From: an uncultured Gemmatimonadales bacterium
GTDB lineage: Bacteria; Gemmatimonadota; Gemmatimonadetes; Longimicrobiales; RSA9
DNA length: 64,000 nt
Assembly: GCA_963708135.1 (NCBI GenBank)
Contig: OY970192.1
Location: forward strand, 2,048,001 to 2,112,000
Reading direction: 5' to 3'
Shown: positions 12,109 through 24,578 of the stretch, one piece after another
Numbering within the stretch: position 1 is the stretch's first letter
Layout of the letters: every line of letters begins with the position of its first letter
Position numbers and translations under genes: made by a program
The notes under the pieces: model-generated
Told to the model about the DNA's origin: nothing
What the model saw: only the letters and a program-made list of their open reading frames with translations
Databases searched by the model: none

Positions 12109-13305
12109 ATGAAGAAGCGACACGCCGCCGCGAGCCGGCTCGCGGCGGGGGGCGAAAAGCTAGAGAGCGCCCGAAAGGGTGTCAATTTCGCGGCCGCGGC
12201 CCTGCTCCTCGCGCTCCTCGGCGCCCCGGGCTGCACCCGTCCGAAGGCGCCACTGCCCAGCCCCCTGCCCGCCGGCCGGTGGCCGACCTACCTCGGCAGC
12301 CAGAGGCGGGACGCGTACGCGCGCGAGGCGGCGCCGGACACGCCGGCAGTGGCGTGGCGCTCGGATGCCGGCGACGGCGTGATCGCCCCCCTCGTGCTCG
12401 ATGGACCGATGCTGTTCGTGCCGTCCACCAACCGGCTGGCTCTCGCGCTCTCCGCGCAGTCCGGAAAGGCCTACTGGACCCGCCTGCTTGCGGGCGCCCC
12501 GACGGGCGGGATGGTCGAGGCGGGTGGCCTGCTTTTCATGGCCACGGAGGGCGGCGCGGGCGGCACCGTCACGGCGCTCCCCGTGGCCGGCGGCAAGGCG
12601 CGCTGGTCGCGCGACGCGCCGTACTCGCCGCACTCGCCGCTGCTGCGGGGGGACACGCTCGTCGTGGCCACGGAGACGGGGGCGGTCATGGCCCTCGCCA
12701 CCGCCGATGGAGCGCTCCTCTGGCGCGCCCGGCTCCCGGCAGGGGTGGCGGCCACACCGATCGGGCTGCCGGGCGGCGGACTCGCGCTGGCGGCCGCGGA
12801 CGACTCCCTCTACGTGCTCGACCCGGAGACGCACGCCATCGCCGCGCGCGCGCCGCTGGGCGGCACGGTATCGGCGGAGCCTACGCTCGCGGGGGACACC
12901 CTCATCGTCCCCCTCGGCACGGGCGACGTCGCGGCGTTCCACGTCCCGGACCTGGCTCCGCTGTGGAGCGCCGCGATCGGCGCGCCCGTGCTGGCCGCCG
13001 TCCAGCCGGGGCCCGACGGCGCCCTCTTCGCCCTGAACGGCTCCGCGGAGCTGTGGCGCATCGAGCCCGGGACGGGAGCGCCGCGGCGGCTCGCGGCGCT
13101 CGGCGGCGCCGCCCGCGGCGCGCTGACACTCACCCGCGACGGCCTGCTCGTGGGCCGCCTCGATGGCACGCTGTTCCTGCTGCGCTTCGATGGGGCGACG
13201 GTCTGGCGGACGACGCTCGATGCCGCGCTCGTCGCGCCCGCCGCCGTGCGTTCGGGTGAGATCTGGGTCCCGCTCCAGAGCGGGGCGGTGGTGAAGCTGC
13301 GCTGA
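12109..13305 (+). CDS. PQQ-like beta-propeller lipoprotein (BamB-like)
   Basis: Hydrophobic segment followed by APGC, repeated G..LW propeller motifs; start uncertain. Confidence 0.65.
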   Translation: MKKRHAAASRLAAGGEKLESARKGVNFAAAALLLALLGAPGCTRPKAPLPSPLPAGRWPTYLGSQRRDAYAREAAPDTPAVAWRSDAGDGVIAPLVLDGPMLFVPSTNRLALALSAQSGKAYWTRLLAGAPTGGMVEAGGLLFMATEGGAGGTVTALPVAGGKARWSRDAPYSPHSPLLRGDTLVVATETGAVMALATADGALLWRARLPAGVAATPIGLPGGGLALAAADDSLYVLDPETHAIAARAPLGGTVSAEPTLAGDTLIVPLGTGDVAAFHVPDLAPLWSAAIGAPVLAAVQPGPDGALFALNGSAELWRIEPGTGAPRRLAALGGAARGALTLTRDGLLVGRLDGTLFLLRFDGATVWRTTLDAALVAPAAVRSGEIWVPLQSGAVVKLR

Positions 13306-13315
13306 GGGGGCGCCT

Positions 13316-15397
<2,082 letters not shown>

Positions 15398-15413
15398 CGC
15401 GGTGCCGGGCGGG

Positions 15414-16343
15414 TCAGGCGCTGAGCACGGCGCGGGCGAAGGTGTGCGGCTCGAACGTCTCGAGCGCGTCCGGCTCCTCGCCCGTGCCGACGAGCTTCAC
15501 GGGCAGATCGAACTCCTCGCGCAGCGCCACGATGCAGCCGCCCTTCGCGGTGCTGTCGAGCTTGGCCACCACCAGTCCCGTCAGCGGTACGGCCGCGGAG
15601 AACGTTCGGACCTGAGCGAGCGCGTTCTGCCCCACCGTCGCATCCAGCACGAGGAGGGTCTCGTGCGGCGCCCCCTCGACCTTCCGCGCCACGACGCGGT
15701 GCACCTTGCCGAGCTCCGCCATGAGATCGCCCTGCGTGTGCAGCCGCCCGGCCGTATCGATGAGCACGATGTCGGAGCCGCGCGCCAGGGCGGCATCGAT
15801 TGCATCGAAGGCGACCGCCGCCGGGTCCGCCCCCGCCTTGGCCCCGACGAAATCGACGCCCGCGCGATCGGCCCACAGCTTGAGCTGCTCGATCGCCCCG
15901 GCGCGGAAGGTGTCGCCCGCCGCGAGCAGGACGCGGTGGCCCCGCTTCTTCAGCCGGTACGCCAGCTTGCCCGTCGTGGTGGTCTTCCCCACCCCGTTCA
16001 CGCCCAGCATCAGATAGACGCTCGGCCCCTCGCCCCGGCTCAGCTCCAGAGATCCCACTGTCTCGTCCGGTGGCGTCAGGATGCGCACGATCTCCCGCTC
16101 GACCGCCGACCGGAACTCGGACTCCGTGCGCACCTTGCCGCGGCGCGAGAGGTCCTCGACGTACTCCACGAGGCGAGTCGTCGCCGGCACACCGAAGTCG
16201 CTCGCGAGCAGAAGCTCCTCGAGCGCTTCCAGCGAGCCCTGGTCGAGCCCCTTCACGGCGACGGTGACATCCGTCAGCGCGATGTCCTTGATCTTCTGCC
16301 AGAGAGACTTCTTCTCTCCCGACCGCTTCATCAGTCTGGTCAT
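15414..16343 (-). CDS. ftsY: SRP receptor FtsY
   Basis: GVNGVGKTTT, DTFRAGA, DTAGRL, KLDSTAKGG. Confidence 0.96.
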   Translation of the reverse strand: MTRLMKRSGEKKSLWQKIKDIALTDVTVAVKGLDQGSLEALEELLLASDFGVPATTRLVEYVEDLSRRGKVRTESEFRSAVEREIVRILTPPDETVGSLELSRGEGPSVYLMLGVNGVGKTTTTGKLAYRLKKRGHRVLLAAGDTFRAGAIEQLKLWADRAGVDFVGAKAGADPAAVAFDAIDAALARGSDIVLIDTAGRLHTQGDLMAELGKVHRVVARKVEGAPHETLLVLDATVGQNALAQVRTFSAAVPLTGLVVAKLDSTAKGGCIVALREEFDLPVKLVGTGEEPDALETFEPHTFARAVLSA

Positions 16344-16422
16344 GCGTCTCCGTCTTCGGGAAAGCGACGATTGCTCCGCACTCGGAATACCCCGCTGCCG
16401 AGGGGTTGTCCCCGCGACCGCC

Positions 16423-18420
16423 TCAGCGCAGCCCCCAGCGCCGGCGCAGCACCCACTCGGTGGCGACCAGCAGGACGAGGAGAACGTACGGGATCGGTGT
16501 CGCGTGCAGCGGGATCCCCGGACGGGGGCCCACCTCCTCTCCCGCCACCGGGGTACCCGCCGCGTCGAAGCCGGCCGGCGCAACCAGCGGCCGGATGAGC
16601 TCCGGTGTGTAGGTCTCGACCGTGAACGGCCCCTCCGCCGCGCCCGCCTCCTTGCCGCTGCCGAAGGCGCGCGCCCGGTACCGGTAGTCCCCGGGGGCGA
16701 GCGGACGCAACGCCGCCGTGTCGCCGCGCACGAGCGAGACGGTCGTGTCCAGCGAAAACCCGCCCGCCCCCGTCACCGCGACGGCCACCGAGTCGGCGGC
16801 GAGGCCAGGCGCCACGAAGCGCACCGGCGCGCCGCGCGGGATCACCCGCTCCGCCGCCCGGACGGCCACGCCGGTGGCCGCGCGCGACTCGGCGGTCAGC
16901 CACCCCGCCAGCGCGGACCAGAGGCGCTGGTAGACCTCCCGCGCGTTCCCGCCCCGGAACGCCCACTGCCAGTAGCCGCTCCCCAGCGCGACCACCCAGC
17001 GGCGCCCGCCCTGCTCGCCGGCCACCGCGATCGGCGTGGCGCCGCCGCCCCGGCGGCCGCGGCTGGCCAGGAGCGGGGCCCAGTCCCCCGCCGGCACGCG
17101 TGCCGGACGCAGAGCCTCCAGCGGCGGCAGGTCCTGCACCGCCAGCCCCGCGAGCAGCGGCGCCACCGGGGAAGGCGGCACCTCCGGCGAGGCGAACCAG
17201 TCCCCCGGCGACTCGGCCGGCAGCGAGAGGCCGAGACCGAGGTTCGGCGCGGGATCACCGGGCAGGATCAGCGCGTGAGCGTGCCGCCGCGCGTCCTGCA
17301 GCGCCCAGTCGGGCGAGCTCGCGGACAGGCCGTGGAGCACGACGAGATCCGCGCGGCCGGCTGCCTTCTCGACCTCCGACGCCGCGACCTCGGCACCCGC
17401 GCTCATCCCCGTCCCCAGTGTGATGTAGCGCCCGTTCTGCACGGCGATGAAGCCGCGCACCGGAAGTCCCAGGGCATCCTCGAGGACCGGCTGCAGGAAG
17501 CGCGGCTCCCAGTCCGCGGCGAACGAAACGAGCACGATGCCCGGCGGACGCTCCCCGACGAAGACGTAGAATGGCCGGACATCGTCCTCCGGCACGCTGT
17601 CGCTGCGCTCGAGAGCCGCCTCGAAGCGGACCAGCCCGCCCGCCGCTTCCGCAGCCGGCGTGAGGTCCAGCCCGACCGTGGCCAGGCGCCCCGCGGACGG
17701 CGCCGCGACCCGCGCCCGCGCGAGGACCTTGCCCGCCCGCCGCAGCACGATCGTCGCCGAGTCCGTCGGCGGCGGCGACGTGGTCGAGGCCACGCTCACG
17801 GAGACGCGCAGCGGCTTCCCCGCCTCGCCCCACCCCGGCGCCTCCACGTCCGAGAGCGCCAGGTCCGGCAGCGGCGCCGGAGCCACCGGCACCACCCGGA
17901 GGTCCAGCCCGAGCCGGGTGCGCCAGCGGGCCACCTCCACGCCATCCTGCACTCCGCCGTCCGTGAGCACCACCGCCTCGCGGCTCCCCGTCTCGGACGC
18001 CGACTCCAGCGCGGGGAGCAGCCGCGTCGCCATGTCCGTCGGCCGTGCCCGCGTCAGCGAATCCAGCGAGATCGTGCGCGGCGCCTCGCCGAACAGCATC
18101 ACGCGGCGCGCGCCCAGACGGCGCGCCGCCGCGACCGCGCTGTCCCAGCGCGTAGGGCCGCCCGGGCGCACCGGCAGCGCCATGCTGAGCGACGCATCCA
18201 CCAGCACCGTGCGGCCCGCGCCGCCGGCCCCGATCGCGCGCCGCGCCGGAAGCAGGGGATCGAACAGGAGGAGGAGCACCAGGGCGAGCGTCAGCCAGCG
18301 GAGCGCCGCGAGGACCCCCCGCCCCCGCCCCGCCGCCTCACGGCGGCGGTAGACATACCCCACCACCACTCCCGCCAGAAGGGCCGCCAGCGCGAACAGC
18401 GCCCAGTCGAGAAGGGCCAT
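16423..18420 (-). CDS. membrane protein with VWA-like domain
   Basis: Two N-terminal TMs, DASLSM (MIDAS-like), VLTDG, C-terminal TM ending EWVLRRRWGLR. Confidence 0.7.
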   Translation of the reverse strand: MALLDWALFALAALLAGVVVGYVYRRREAAGRGRGVLAALRWLTLALVLLLLFDPLLPARRAIGAGGAGRTVLVDASLSMALPVRPGGPTRWDSAVAAARRLGARRVMLFGEAPRTISLDSLTRARPTDMATRLLPALESASETGSREAVVLTDGGVQDGVEVARWRTRLGLDLRVVPVAPAPLPDLALSDVEAPGWGEAGKPLRVSVSVASTTSPPPTDSATIVLRRAGKVLARARVAAPSAGRLATVGLDLTPAAEAAGGLVRFEAALERSDSVPEDDVRPFYVFVGERPPGIVLVSFAADWEPRFLQPVLEDALGLPVRGFIAVQNGRYITLGTGMSAGAEVAASEVEKAAGRADLVVLHGLSASSPDWALQDARRHAHALILPGDPAPNLGLGLSLPAESPGDWFASPEVPPSPVAPLLAGLAVQDLPPLEALRPARVPAGDWAPLLASRGRRGGGATPIAVAGEQGGRRWVVALGSGYWQWAFRGGNAREVYQRLWSALAGWLTAESRAATGVAVRAAERVIPRGAPVRFVAPGLAADSVAVAVTGAGGFSLDTTVSLVRGDTAALRPLAPGDYRYRARAFGSGKEAGAAEGPFTVETYTPELIRPLVAPAGFDAAGTPVAGEEVGPRPGIPLHATPIPYVLLVLLVATEWVLRRRWGLR

Positions 18421-18570
18421 GAGGCCAATATAGCATGCAAGGAGCCCGCCGGCTCGGGGCCGGCGGGCTCCATCCATCCGCGCACGCCCCCCGCGTACGC
18501 TCACCTCGATTCGGCGTGTCCCGGCCGAATCCGTCCGTCCGGCGCGCCCGTCCCTTCCACCGCCGGCCGG

Positions 18571-19881
18571 CTACCTGCCCTGCGCAGGCGCCGGCGCCTG
18601 TCTCGCTGCTTGCGTGCTGGCCAGCCGGCTTGCCGTCTGCGTGGCCTCCTCCAGCAGCGCGAGGCGCGTCCGCACGACTTCCGCGTACGCCGTCTTCTGC
18701 GCGGCCGCCACGCCCCCCGCCGGCGGCAGGTGCGCCGTGCGCGGGTTCAGTGGCCGGCCGTTCAGCCGGATCTCGTAGTGCAGGTGCGGGCCCGTCGCGA
18801 GCCCCGTCTGCCCCACGTACCCGATCACCTCGCCCTGCTTCACGTGCTCGCCCCGGTGCAGCCCGCGCGCGAACCGGCTGAGGTGGCCGTAGCGCGTCGT
18901 GTACCCCGCCGCGTGCGACAGGATGATCAGATTGCCGTACCCACCCGAGCGGCCATCGAATTTCACCCGCCCGTCCGCCGTCGCCTTGACCGGCGTCCCG
19001 TACGCCGCCCCGAAATCCGTGCCCAGGTGGGCCCGGTAGATCCCCAGGATCGGGTGGTAGCGGTGCCACGCGAAGCTCGACGTGATCCGGACGAAGTTGA
19101 CCGGATAGCGCCGGAACCCCTGCCGCATCGATTGCCCGGCCCGGTCGTAGTAGGAGCCCCCGTCCTTCCCCTCGAACCAGAACGCCACGAAGCTCTTGCC
19201 CTCGTTGTCGATCTCCGACACCAGGATCCGCCGCTTGCGCGCCGTGCCGTCCGGCCGCGCCTCCCGCTCATACACCGCCCGGTAGGTGTCGCCCGGCTGG
19301 ATCTCGTGCGCGAAGTCCAGCTTGTACGCGTAGATCTCCGCCAGATCGTACACGAGCTGGTAGCGCTCCCGCGCCGGTAGATCCAGGTCCTCGTTCTCCG
19401 CGATCGACTCGAACAGCGTCTTGCCTGCCTCGATCCGCCCCGCCACGTACACCGTGTCCGTGTGCGTCGGCGTTACGATCACCCGCCCGTCCCAGCCGCT
19501 CGAGCTCCGGCTCAGCACCACCGTTCTGTCCGCGTTCAGCCGCACTTCCACCGCCCGCGGCTGCCCGTCCGCCGCCCACCTGTGCACCGTGATCTCCGTC
19601 CCCGGCGCCAGCAGCCGCGGATTCTCGTGCTCCCGCAACTCCAGCAGCAGGTCCGCCTGCTCCGCACCCGTGATCGATGCCTCGGCCAGTATGCCCGAGA
19701 GCGTCTCCCCGCGCGTAAGCTCGTGCGTCTCCACCTGCTCCACCGGCCGGGCATACTGCACGCCCAGCGTCGGCGCTGCGGACGGGCCCGGCGCCGTACG
19801 TGCCGGCGCCAACATGGCCACCAGCGCCCACGTCACCGCGCCGATGAAGCCCAACGAGAGGGTGCGTGCCGGGTTCGTCAT
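18571..19881 (-). CDS. M23 family peptidoglycan DD-endopeptidase (MepM-like)
   Basis: HPILG, HLGTDFGA, GYGN, YGHLS, TGPHLHYE; start may be 19899. Confidence 0.92.
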   Translation of the reverse strand: MTNPARTLSLGFIGAVTWALVAMLAPARTAPGPSAAPTLGVQYARPVEQVETHELTRGETLSGILAEASITGAEQADLLLELREHENPRLLAPGTEITVHRWAADGQPRAVEVRLNADRTVVLSRSSSGWDGRVIVTPTHTDTVYVAGRIEAGKTLFESIAENEDLDLPARERYQLVYDLAEIYAYKLDFAHEIQPGDTYRAVYEREARPDGTARKRRILVSEIDNEGKSFVAFWFEGKDGGSYYDRAGQSMRQGFRRYPVNFVRITSSFAWHRYHPILGIYRAHLGTDFGAAYGTPVKATADGRVKFDGRSGGYGNLIILSHAAGYTTRYGHLSRFARGLHRGEHVKQGEVIGYVGQTGLATGPHLHYEIRLNGRPLNPRTAHLPPAGGVAAAQKTAYAEVVRTRLALLEEATQTASRLASTQAARQAPAPAQGR

Positions 19882-19911
19882 CAAACCTCCAAGCAGCATC
19901 GAGTGCCGGCA

Positions 19912-21090
19912 CTAATCCATCTGCCGGCGTATGAACGTCGGGATGTCCAGGTCGTTCAACTGACTGCGACCGATGGGCCGGACCGGGGGACGCGGGAACG
20001 GTACCGACTCGCTGCCAAACCCGGGTGCTCTCCCCATTGCCACAACCGGAGCCGCCGTCGCGGCGGTCGGAAACGGCCCGCGGGAACCGAACGGAGCACG
20101 GATCAGGTTCTCTCGCAGCAACTCCTCTTCGTCCTGCGCGAGGCCCGTCGCGATCACCGTCACGCGAACCTCGCCCTCCAGCGACGGATCGTGCACCGCA
20201 CCGAAGATGATTTCGGCCTCGTCACCCGCCGCCTCCTGTATAATGGAGGCAATCGTGGTCACTTCGTCAATAGTCAGATCCATCCCCCCCGTGATGTTGA
20301 TCAGCACCCCCGCGGCCCCTTCAATGGACACACTGTCCAACAAAGGGGACGAAATCGCCTCCTGCGCCGCCTCCATGGAGCGGTTCTCGCCCTTGCTGTA
20401 GCCCGTGCCCATCAGGGCGGGGCCGCGGTTCTGCATGACCGTGCGCACGTCGGCGAAGTCGACGTTGACCTCGCCCGTAACGTGGATGAGGTCGCTGATG
20501 CCCTGGGTGGCGTGGAGGAGCACCTCGTCGGCCTTCTTGAGCGCCTCGCGGAAGGAGGTTCCCTTGCCGACCACGGAGAGGAGCCGCTCGTTGGGGACGA
20601 CGATGACGGTGTCGGCCGTGCGCTTGAGCTCGGAGAGGCCCTGCTCGGCCTGGCGCATGCGTTTCTTGCCCTCGAAGAGGAAGGGCTTGGTGACGATGCC
20701 GATGGTGAGGGCGCCCTGCTCGCGGGCGATCTCGGCGATGACGGGAGCTGCGCCGGTGCCGGTGCCGCCGCCCATTCCGGCGGTGATGAAGACGAGGTCG
20801 GCGCCTTCGAGGACGCGGCCGACCTCGTCGCGGTTCTCCTCGATGGCCTGGCGTCCGATCTCGGGCCGGGCGCCGGCGCCGAGGCCGCGGGTGAGCTGCT
20901 TGCCGATCTGGATCTTGACCTGGGAGTGCGAGAGCTTCAGCGCCTGCGAGTCGGTGTTGACGCTGATGAACTCGACGCCCTCGAGCTGCTCGTCGACCAT
21001 GCGATTGACGGCGTTGCCGCCGCCGCCACCGACGCCGACCACCTTCATGCGTGCGTTCTGCAGGGCGGCTTCTTCGAACTCAAAGATCAT
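19912..21090 (-). CDS. ftsZ: cell division protein FtsZ
   Basis: [21 protein letters not shown]-terminal LDIPTFIR. Confidence 0.98.
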   Translation of the reverse strand: MIFEFEEAALQNARMKVVGVGGGGGNAVNRMVDEQLEGVEFISVNTDSQALKLSHSQVKIQIGKQLTRGLGAGARPEIGRQAIEENRDEVGRVLEGADLVFITAGMGGGTGTGAAPVIAEIAREQGALTIGIVTKPFLFEGKKRMRQAEQGLSELKRTADTVIVVPNERLLSVVGKGTSFREALKKADEVLLHATQGISDLIHVTGEVNVDFADVRTVMQNRGPALMGTGYSKGENRSMEAAQEAISSPLLDSVSIEGAAGVLINITGGMDLTIDEVTTIASIIQEAAGDEAEIIFGAVHDPSLEGEVRVTVIATGLAQDEEELLRENLIRAPFGSRGPFPTAATAAPVVAMGRAPGFGSESVPFPRPPVRPIGRSQLNDLDIPTFIRRQMD

Positions 21091-21187
21091 CATGCTGTCA
21101 CCCTCCTCTGGGTGTGCCGGAGCAGGCGGCAATGCCTGGCCCGGATCTGGGACGGAACGGATCGGGAACGGGTGGGCCTCGGGGCCC

Positions 21188-22420
21188 CTAGAAGAACTCC
21201 TTGAGCCAGGCGATGAGGCTTCCGACGGCGTTGTCGCGGAAGCCCGGGACCGCGCCGGTCTCGATGCGACGGTTCACGCCGTAGAGCACGAGCCCGGCGG
21301 CGGTCGCGAATTGTGGCTTGCGGACGGAGTCGGCGAGCCCGGCCAGGCCTTCGCCGGGGGCACCGACGCGGACCGGCAGGCCGAAGACGTGCTGGGCGAC
21401 GTCGACCGCGCCGGAGAGGGCCGCGCCGCCGCCGGTCATGACGACGCCGGCGCCCTGTTTGCCGAGCTCGCCGGCGTGCTCGATCTCACGTGCGGCGAGG
21501 CCGAGGATCTCGTCGAGGCGCTGCTCGATGATGTGGGCGATGAGCTCGCGCGTGACCTCGCGGGTGGAGCCTGGTCCCGGGCCGGGCAGCTCCACGCTCT
21601 CGCGCGGATCGACGAGCTGGGCGAAGGCCACGCCGTAGCGCTCCTTGGCTCGTTCGGCTTCGGCGAAGGTGATCGAGAGCCCCTTCGCGAGGTCGTTGGT
21701 GATGGTCGAGCCGCCCCACGGGATGCTGGACAGGTGGCGCATCTTGCCGTCGCGGAAGACGGCGATCTCGGTGGTCATGCCGCCGACGTCGATGAGCGCC
21801 ACGCCGACATCCTTCTCGTCCTCGGTCAGCACGGCCGCGGCGGTGGCGAGCGGAGCGTGCACGAGCGCCTCGACCTTGTAGCCGGCGCGCGTGACCGCCT
21901 TGGTCAGGTTCTGGTTGAGCGTGGCCGAGCTGGTGATGATGTAGACCTCGGCCTCCAGGCGGGTGCCGGCCATCCCGATCGGGTCGCGGATCCCCGCCTG
22001 GTGGTCCACGATGTACTCCTGCGGCAGGACGTGGAGCAGCTCGCGGTCCGCGGGCACCACGACGGCGCGCGCGACCTCGTGCACCCGCTTGAGGTCGGCG
22101 GGGCCGATCTCGCGGTCGCCGCCCACGGCGACGACACCTGTGGACGTGGTCGCGTGGATGTGCTCCCCGCCGACGCCGGCCACGACGCGGTCGACGCTCA
22201 CGCCGGCCATGAGCTCGGCCTCCTTGATGGCGGCCTTCACGGACTCGGTCGTGCCCTCGATGTCGGTCACGACCTCGCGGCGCATGCCGCCGGTGCGGGC
22301 CTGTCCGACGCCGAGGATCTTCACGACGAGAGCGCGGTGGGGCTCGCCACCCAGCTCGGCGATGACCGCGCAGGTCTTGGTGGAGCCGATGTCCAGCCCC
22401 GTCACGAGGTTCTGCCGCAT
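21188..22420 (-). CDS. ftsA: cell division protein FtsA
   Basis: LDIGSTK, DVGGMTT, ITNDLA, VMTGGGA; directly upstream of ftsZ. Confidence 0.96.
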   Translation of the reverse strand: MRQNLVTGLDIGSTKTCAVIAELGGEPHRALVVKILGVGQARTGGMRREVVTDIEGTTESVKAAIKEAELMAGVSVDRVVAGVGGEHIHATTSTGVVAVGGDREIGPADLKRVHEVARAVVVPADRELLHVLPQEYIVDHQAGIRDPIGMAGTRLEAEVYIITSSATLNQNLTKAVTRAGYKVEALVHAPLATAAAVLTEDEKDVGVALIDVGGMTTEIAVFRDGKMRHLSSIPWGGSTITNDLAKGLSITFAEAERAKERYGVAFAQLVDPRESVELPGPGPGSTREVTRELIAHIIEQRLDEILGLAAREIEHAGELGKQGAGVVMTGGGAALSGAVDVAQHVFGLPVRVGAPGEGLAGLADSVRKPQFATAAGLVLYGVNRRIETGAVPGFRDNAVGSLIAWLKEFF

Positions 22421-22422
22421 GG

Positions 22423-23169
22423 TCAGCTCGGGGCGCCGTGGTTGAAGAGGACGACGATCTGCTCCTGGAAGCGGGCGTCGATGCGTCTGACGCGGTCCAT
22501 CTCGCCACGCCGGGCGAGGTCGGCGAGGGTCAGGCCGAGTTCGCGGAGCGTCCGGGCCGTCGGCTCGTCCTCCACGAGAACGCCGCCCCCGAGCGGGTCG
22601 CGCAGGTCCAGCCGTACGCCGCCCTCCGCGGGCGACGCCTCCGAGACCAGGGCCGCCAGCGCGGGATCGAGGACGCGAATCCGGGCGAGGGTCCGCAGCA
22701 CGGCCAGCGCCGACGCGTCCCGCAGCCTGCCGTCCTTGCCGACGTTGCAGGCGGTCGCGAGCACGGGTAGGTCCACATCCACCCCCCCATCGCGCAACGG
22801 GAGGACCACGCCGCGCGCGTCCACCGGGCGCAGATCCGGCGTGCGCGCGAGCGCCACCGGCTCCGCTTCCTCGACGTCCACCACGAGCGTGGACGGGAGG
22901 CGCCGCTCGATGCGGACATCGAGAACCGCCGGATCCCGGAGCAGTGCGCGCCGCCACGGCGCGGGGTCGTCGAACAGGTTCGACGCCGCGGTTATCCCGC
23001 TGGCGCGCACGACCTCGCGGGGCGGCAGGTAGCGCGTGCCCTCGACCACCACGCGCTCGACCCGGAAGCCGTTCACGTTGCGCAGCAGCCGCGGCGCGGC
23101 GGCGGAGGCGCCCGTGGCCACGAGGGCCGCGCCCAGCACCACCAGCCAGCGGAGCAGCCCCGGCCTCAC
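22423..23169 (-). CDS. ftsQ: cell division protein FtsQ/DivIB
   Basis: TM, POTRA (FRVERVVVEG, RRLPSTL), C-terminal IDARF; position in dcw. Confidence 0.88.
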   Translation of the reverse strand: MRPGLLRWLVVLGAALVATGASAAAPRLLRNVNGFRVERVVVEGTRYLPPREVVRASGITAASNLFDDPAPWRRALLRDPAVLDVRIERRLPSTLVVDVEEAEPVALARTPDLRPVDARGVVLPLRDGGVDVDLPVLATACNVGKDGRLRDASALAVLRTLARIRVLDPALAALVSEASPAEGGVRLDLRDPLGGGVLVEDEPTARTLRELGLTLADLARRGEMDRVRRIDARFQEQIVVLFNHGAPS

Positions 23170-24578
23170 GTCGCGCCTTCCTTTTGCAGCCGCGCGACGA
23201 GCGCGCGCCCGACGCCATCGATGTCGCCCGCGCCCATGACCAGGCAGAGGTCGCCGGCGCGCACCGCGCCCAGGAGAGAGTCCGTCAGAGCATCCAGACG
23301 CGCCTCGTAGTGAACCTCCGGCGCCCCGGCGGTGCGCGCGGCCTCCGACACCAGCCTGCCGCTCACGCCCTCGATCGGCGCCTCGCGCGCCGGGTAGACG
23401 TCCGTCACCCACACCGCGTCCGCCCGCTCCAGCGCCCGGCCGAACGGCTCCGCGAAGTCGCGGGTCCGCGTGTACAGGTGCGGCTGGAAGACCGCGACGA
23501 GGCGCCGGTCCGGGTGCGCTTCGCGCGCCGCCGCCAGCGTCGCCTCGATTTCCGTCGGGTGGTGCGCGTAGTCGTCGATCACCAGCACGCCGGCCGCCTC
23601 GCCCAGCTCCTCGAACCGGCGGGCGACCCCGTGGAAGGCGCCGAGAGCGCGCTCCGCGGCGCCAAAGTCCGCGCCCACATGGCGGGCCACGGCCAGTGCG
23701 CCCAGCGCGTTACGCACGTTGTGGAGCCCCGGGACGGCGATCTCCAGACGGCCGAGCGGCCTGCCCCGCAGGACCACGTCGAAGCGGCTGCCCCGTCCGC
23801 GCGGCTCGATGCGCTCCGCCCGCAGCGCGGCGTCCGTCCCCGTGCCGTAGGGGAGCGCGCGTCCACCGGGCAGCTCGGAGAGCAGGGCGCGGGTGCCGGC
23901 GTCGTCCGCGCAGCCGGCCACCAGGCCGCCCTCGGGGACGAACCCCAGGAAGCGCCGGAACGCATCCACTACGCCCTCGAGCGAGCCGTAAACGTCGAGG
24001 TGGTCCGCTTCCAGCGATGTCAGCGCCACGGCCCAGGGGCGCAGCGTGTGGAACGAGCGGTCGTACTCGTCCGCCTCCACCACGAACAGCTCGCTCGAGC
24101 CCGGCCGCAGTCCGCCTCCCCAGCCGGGAACGCGGCCGCCCACGAAGCCCGTAGGGTCGAGCCCTGCCTCGGCCAGGATCGCCGTCGCCATGGCGGTCGT
24201 GGTGGTCTTCCCGTGCGTTCCGCAGATGGCGACGACGGTGCCGCGGTTCACCAGCGCCCCGAGCGCCAGCGCCCGCTTCATCACCGGGATCCGGCGCTCG
24301 CGCGCCGCCACTAGCTCGGGGTGGTCGGCCGGCATGGCCGCGGTGGTGACCACGGCGACGGCCTGCGCGACGTGCGCCGGGTCGTGTCCTGCGAGGACCT
24401 GCGCTCCGCGCGCGGCCAGCGCCTCGCCCACCTCGCCCGGATGCGCGTCGCAGCCGCTCACCTGTCCACCGCCACGGAGCACCACCTCCGCGAGGGCCGA
24501 CATCCCCGCGCCAGCGATGCCGACGAAGTGCACGACGCCGGTGCGGGCAAGCGCCTGGAGGTCGGGCATCTCGTTCAT
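23166..24578 (-). CDS. murC: UDP-N-acetylmuramate--L-alanine ligase
   Basis: HFVGIAGAGMSALA, GTHGKTTTT, EADEYD, DDYAHHPTEI, FQPH. Confidence 0.96.
   Translation of the reverse strand: MNEMPDLQALARTGVVHFVGIAGAGMSALAEVVLRGGGQVSGCDAHPGEVGEALAARGAQVLAGHDPAHVAQAVAVVTTAAMPADHPELVAARERRIPVMKRALALGALVNRGTVVAICGTHGKTTTTAMATAILAEAGLDPTGFVGGRVPGWGGGLRPGSSELFVVEADEYDRSFHTLRPWAVALTSLEADHLDVYGSLEGVVDAFRRFLGFVPEGGLVAGCADDAGTRALLSELPGGRALPYGTGTDAALRAERIEPRGRGSRFDVVLRGRPLGRLEIAVPGLHNVRNALGALAVARHVGADFGAAERALGAFHGVARRFEELGEAAGVLVIDDYAHHPTEIEATLAAAREAHPDRRLVAVFQPHLYTRTRDFAEPFGRALERADAVWVTDVYPAREAPIEGVSGRLVSEAARTAGAPEVHYEARLDALTDSLLGAVRAGDLCLVMGAGDIDGVGRALVARLQKEGAT

Noticed and set aside
16081..19380. 1099-aa plus-strand ORF and many similar long antisense ORFs (e.g. 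20405-23032, 32406-34853)
   Set aside because: Arg/Pro/Ala-rich shadow frames opposite well-supported genes, expected at this GC content.
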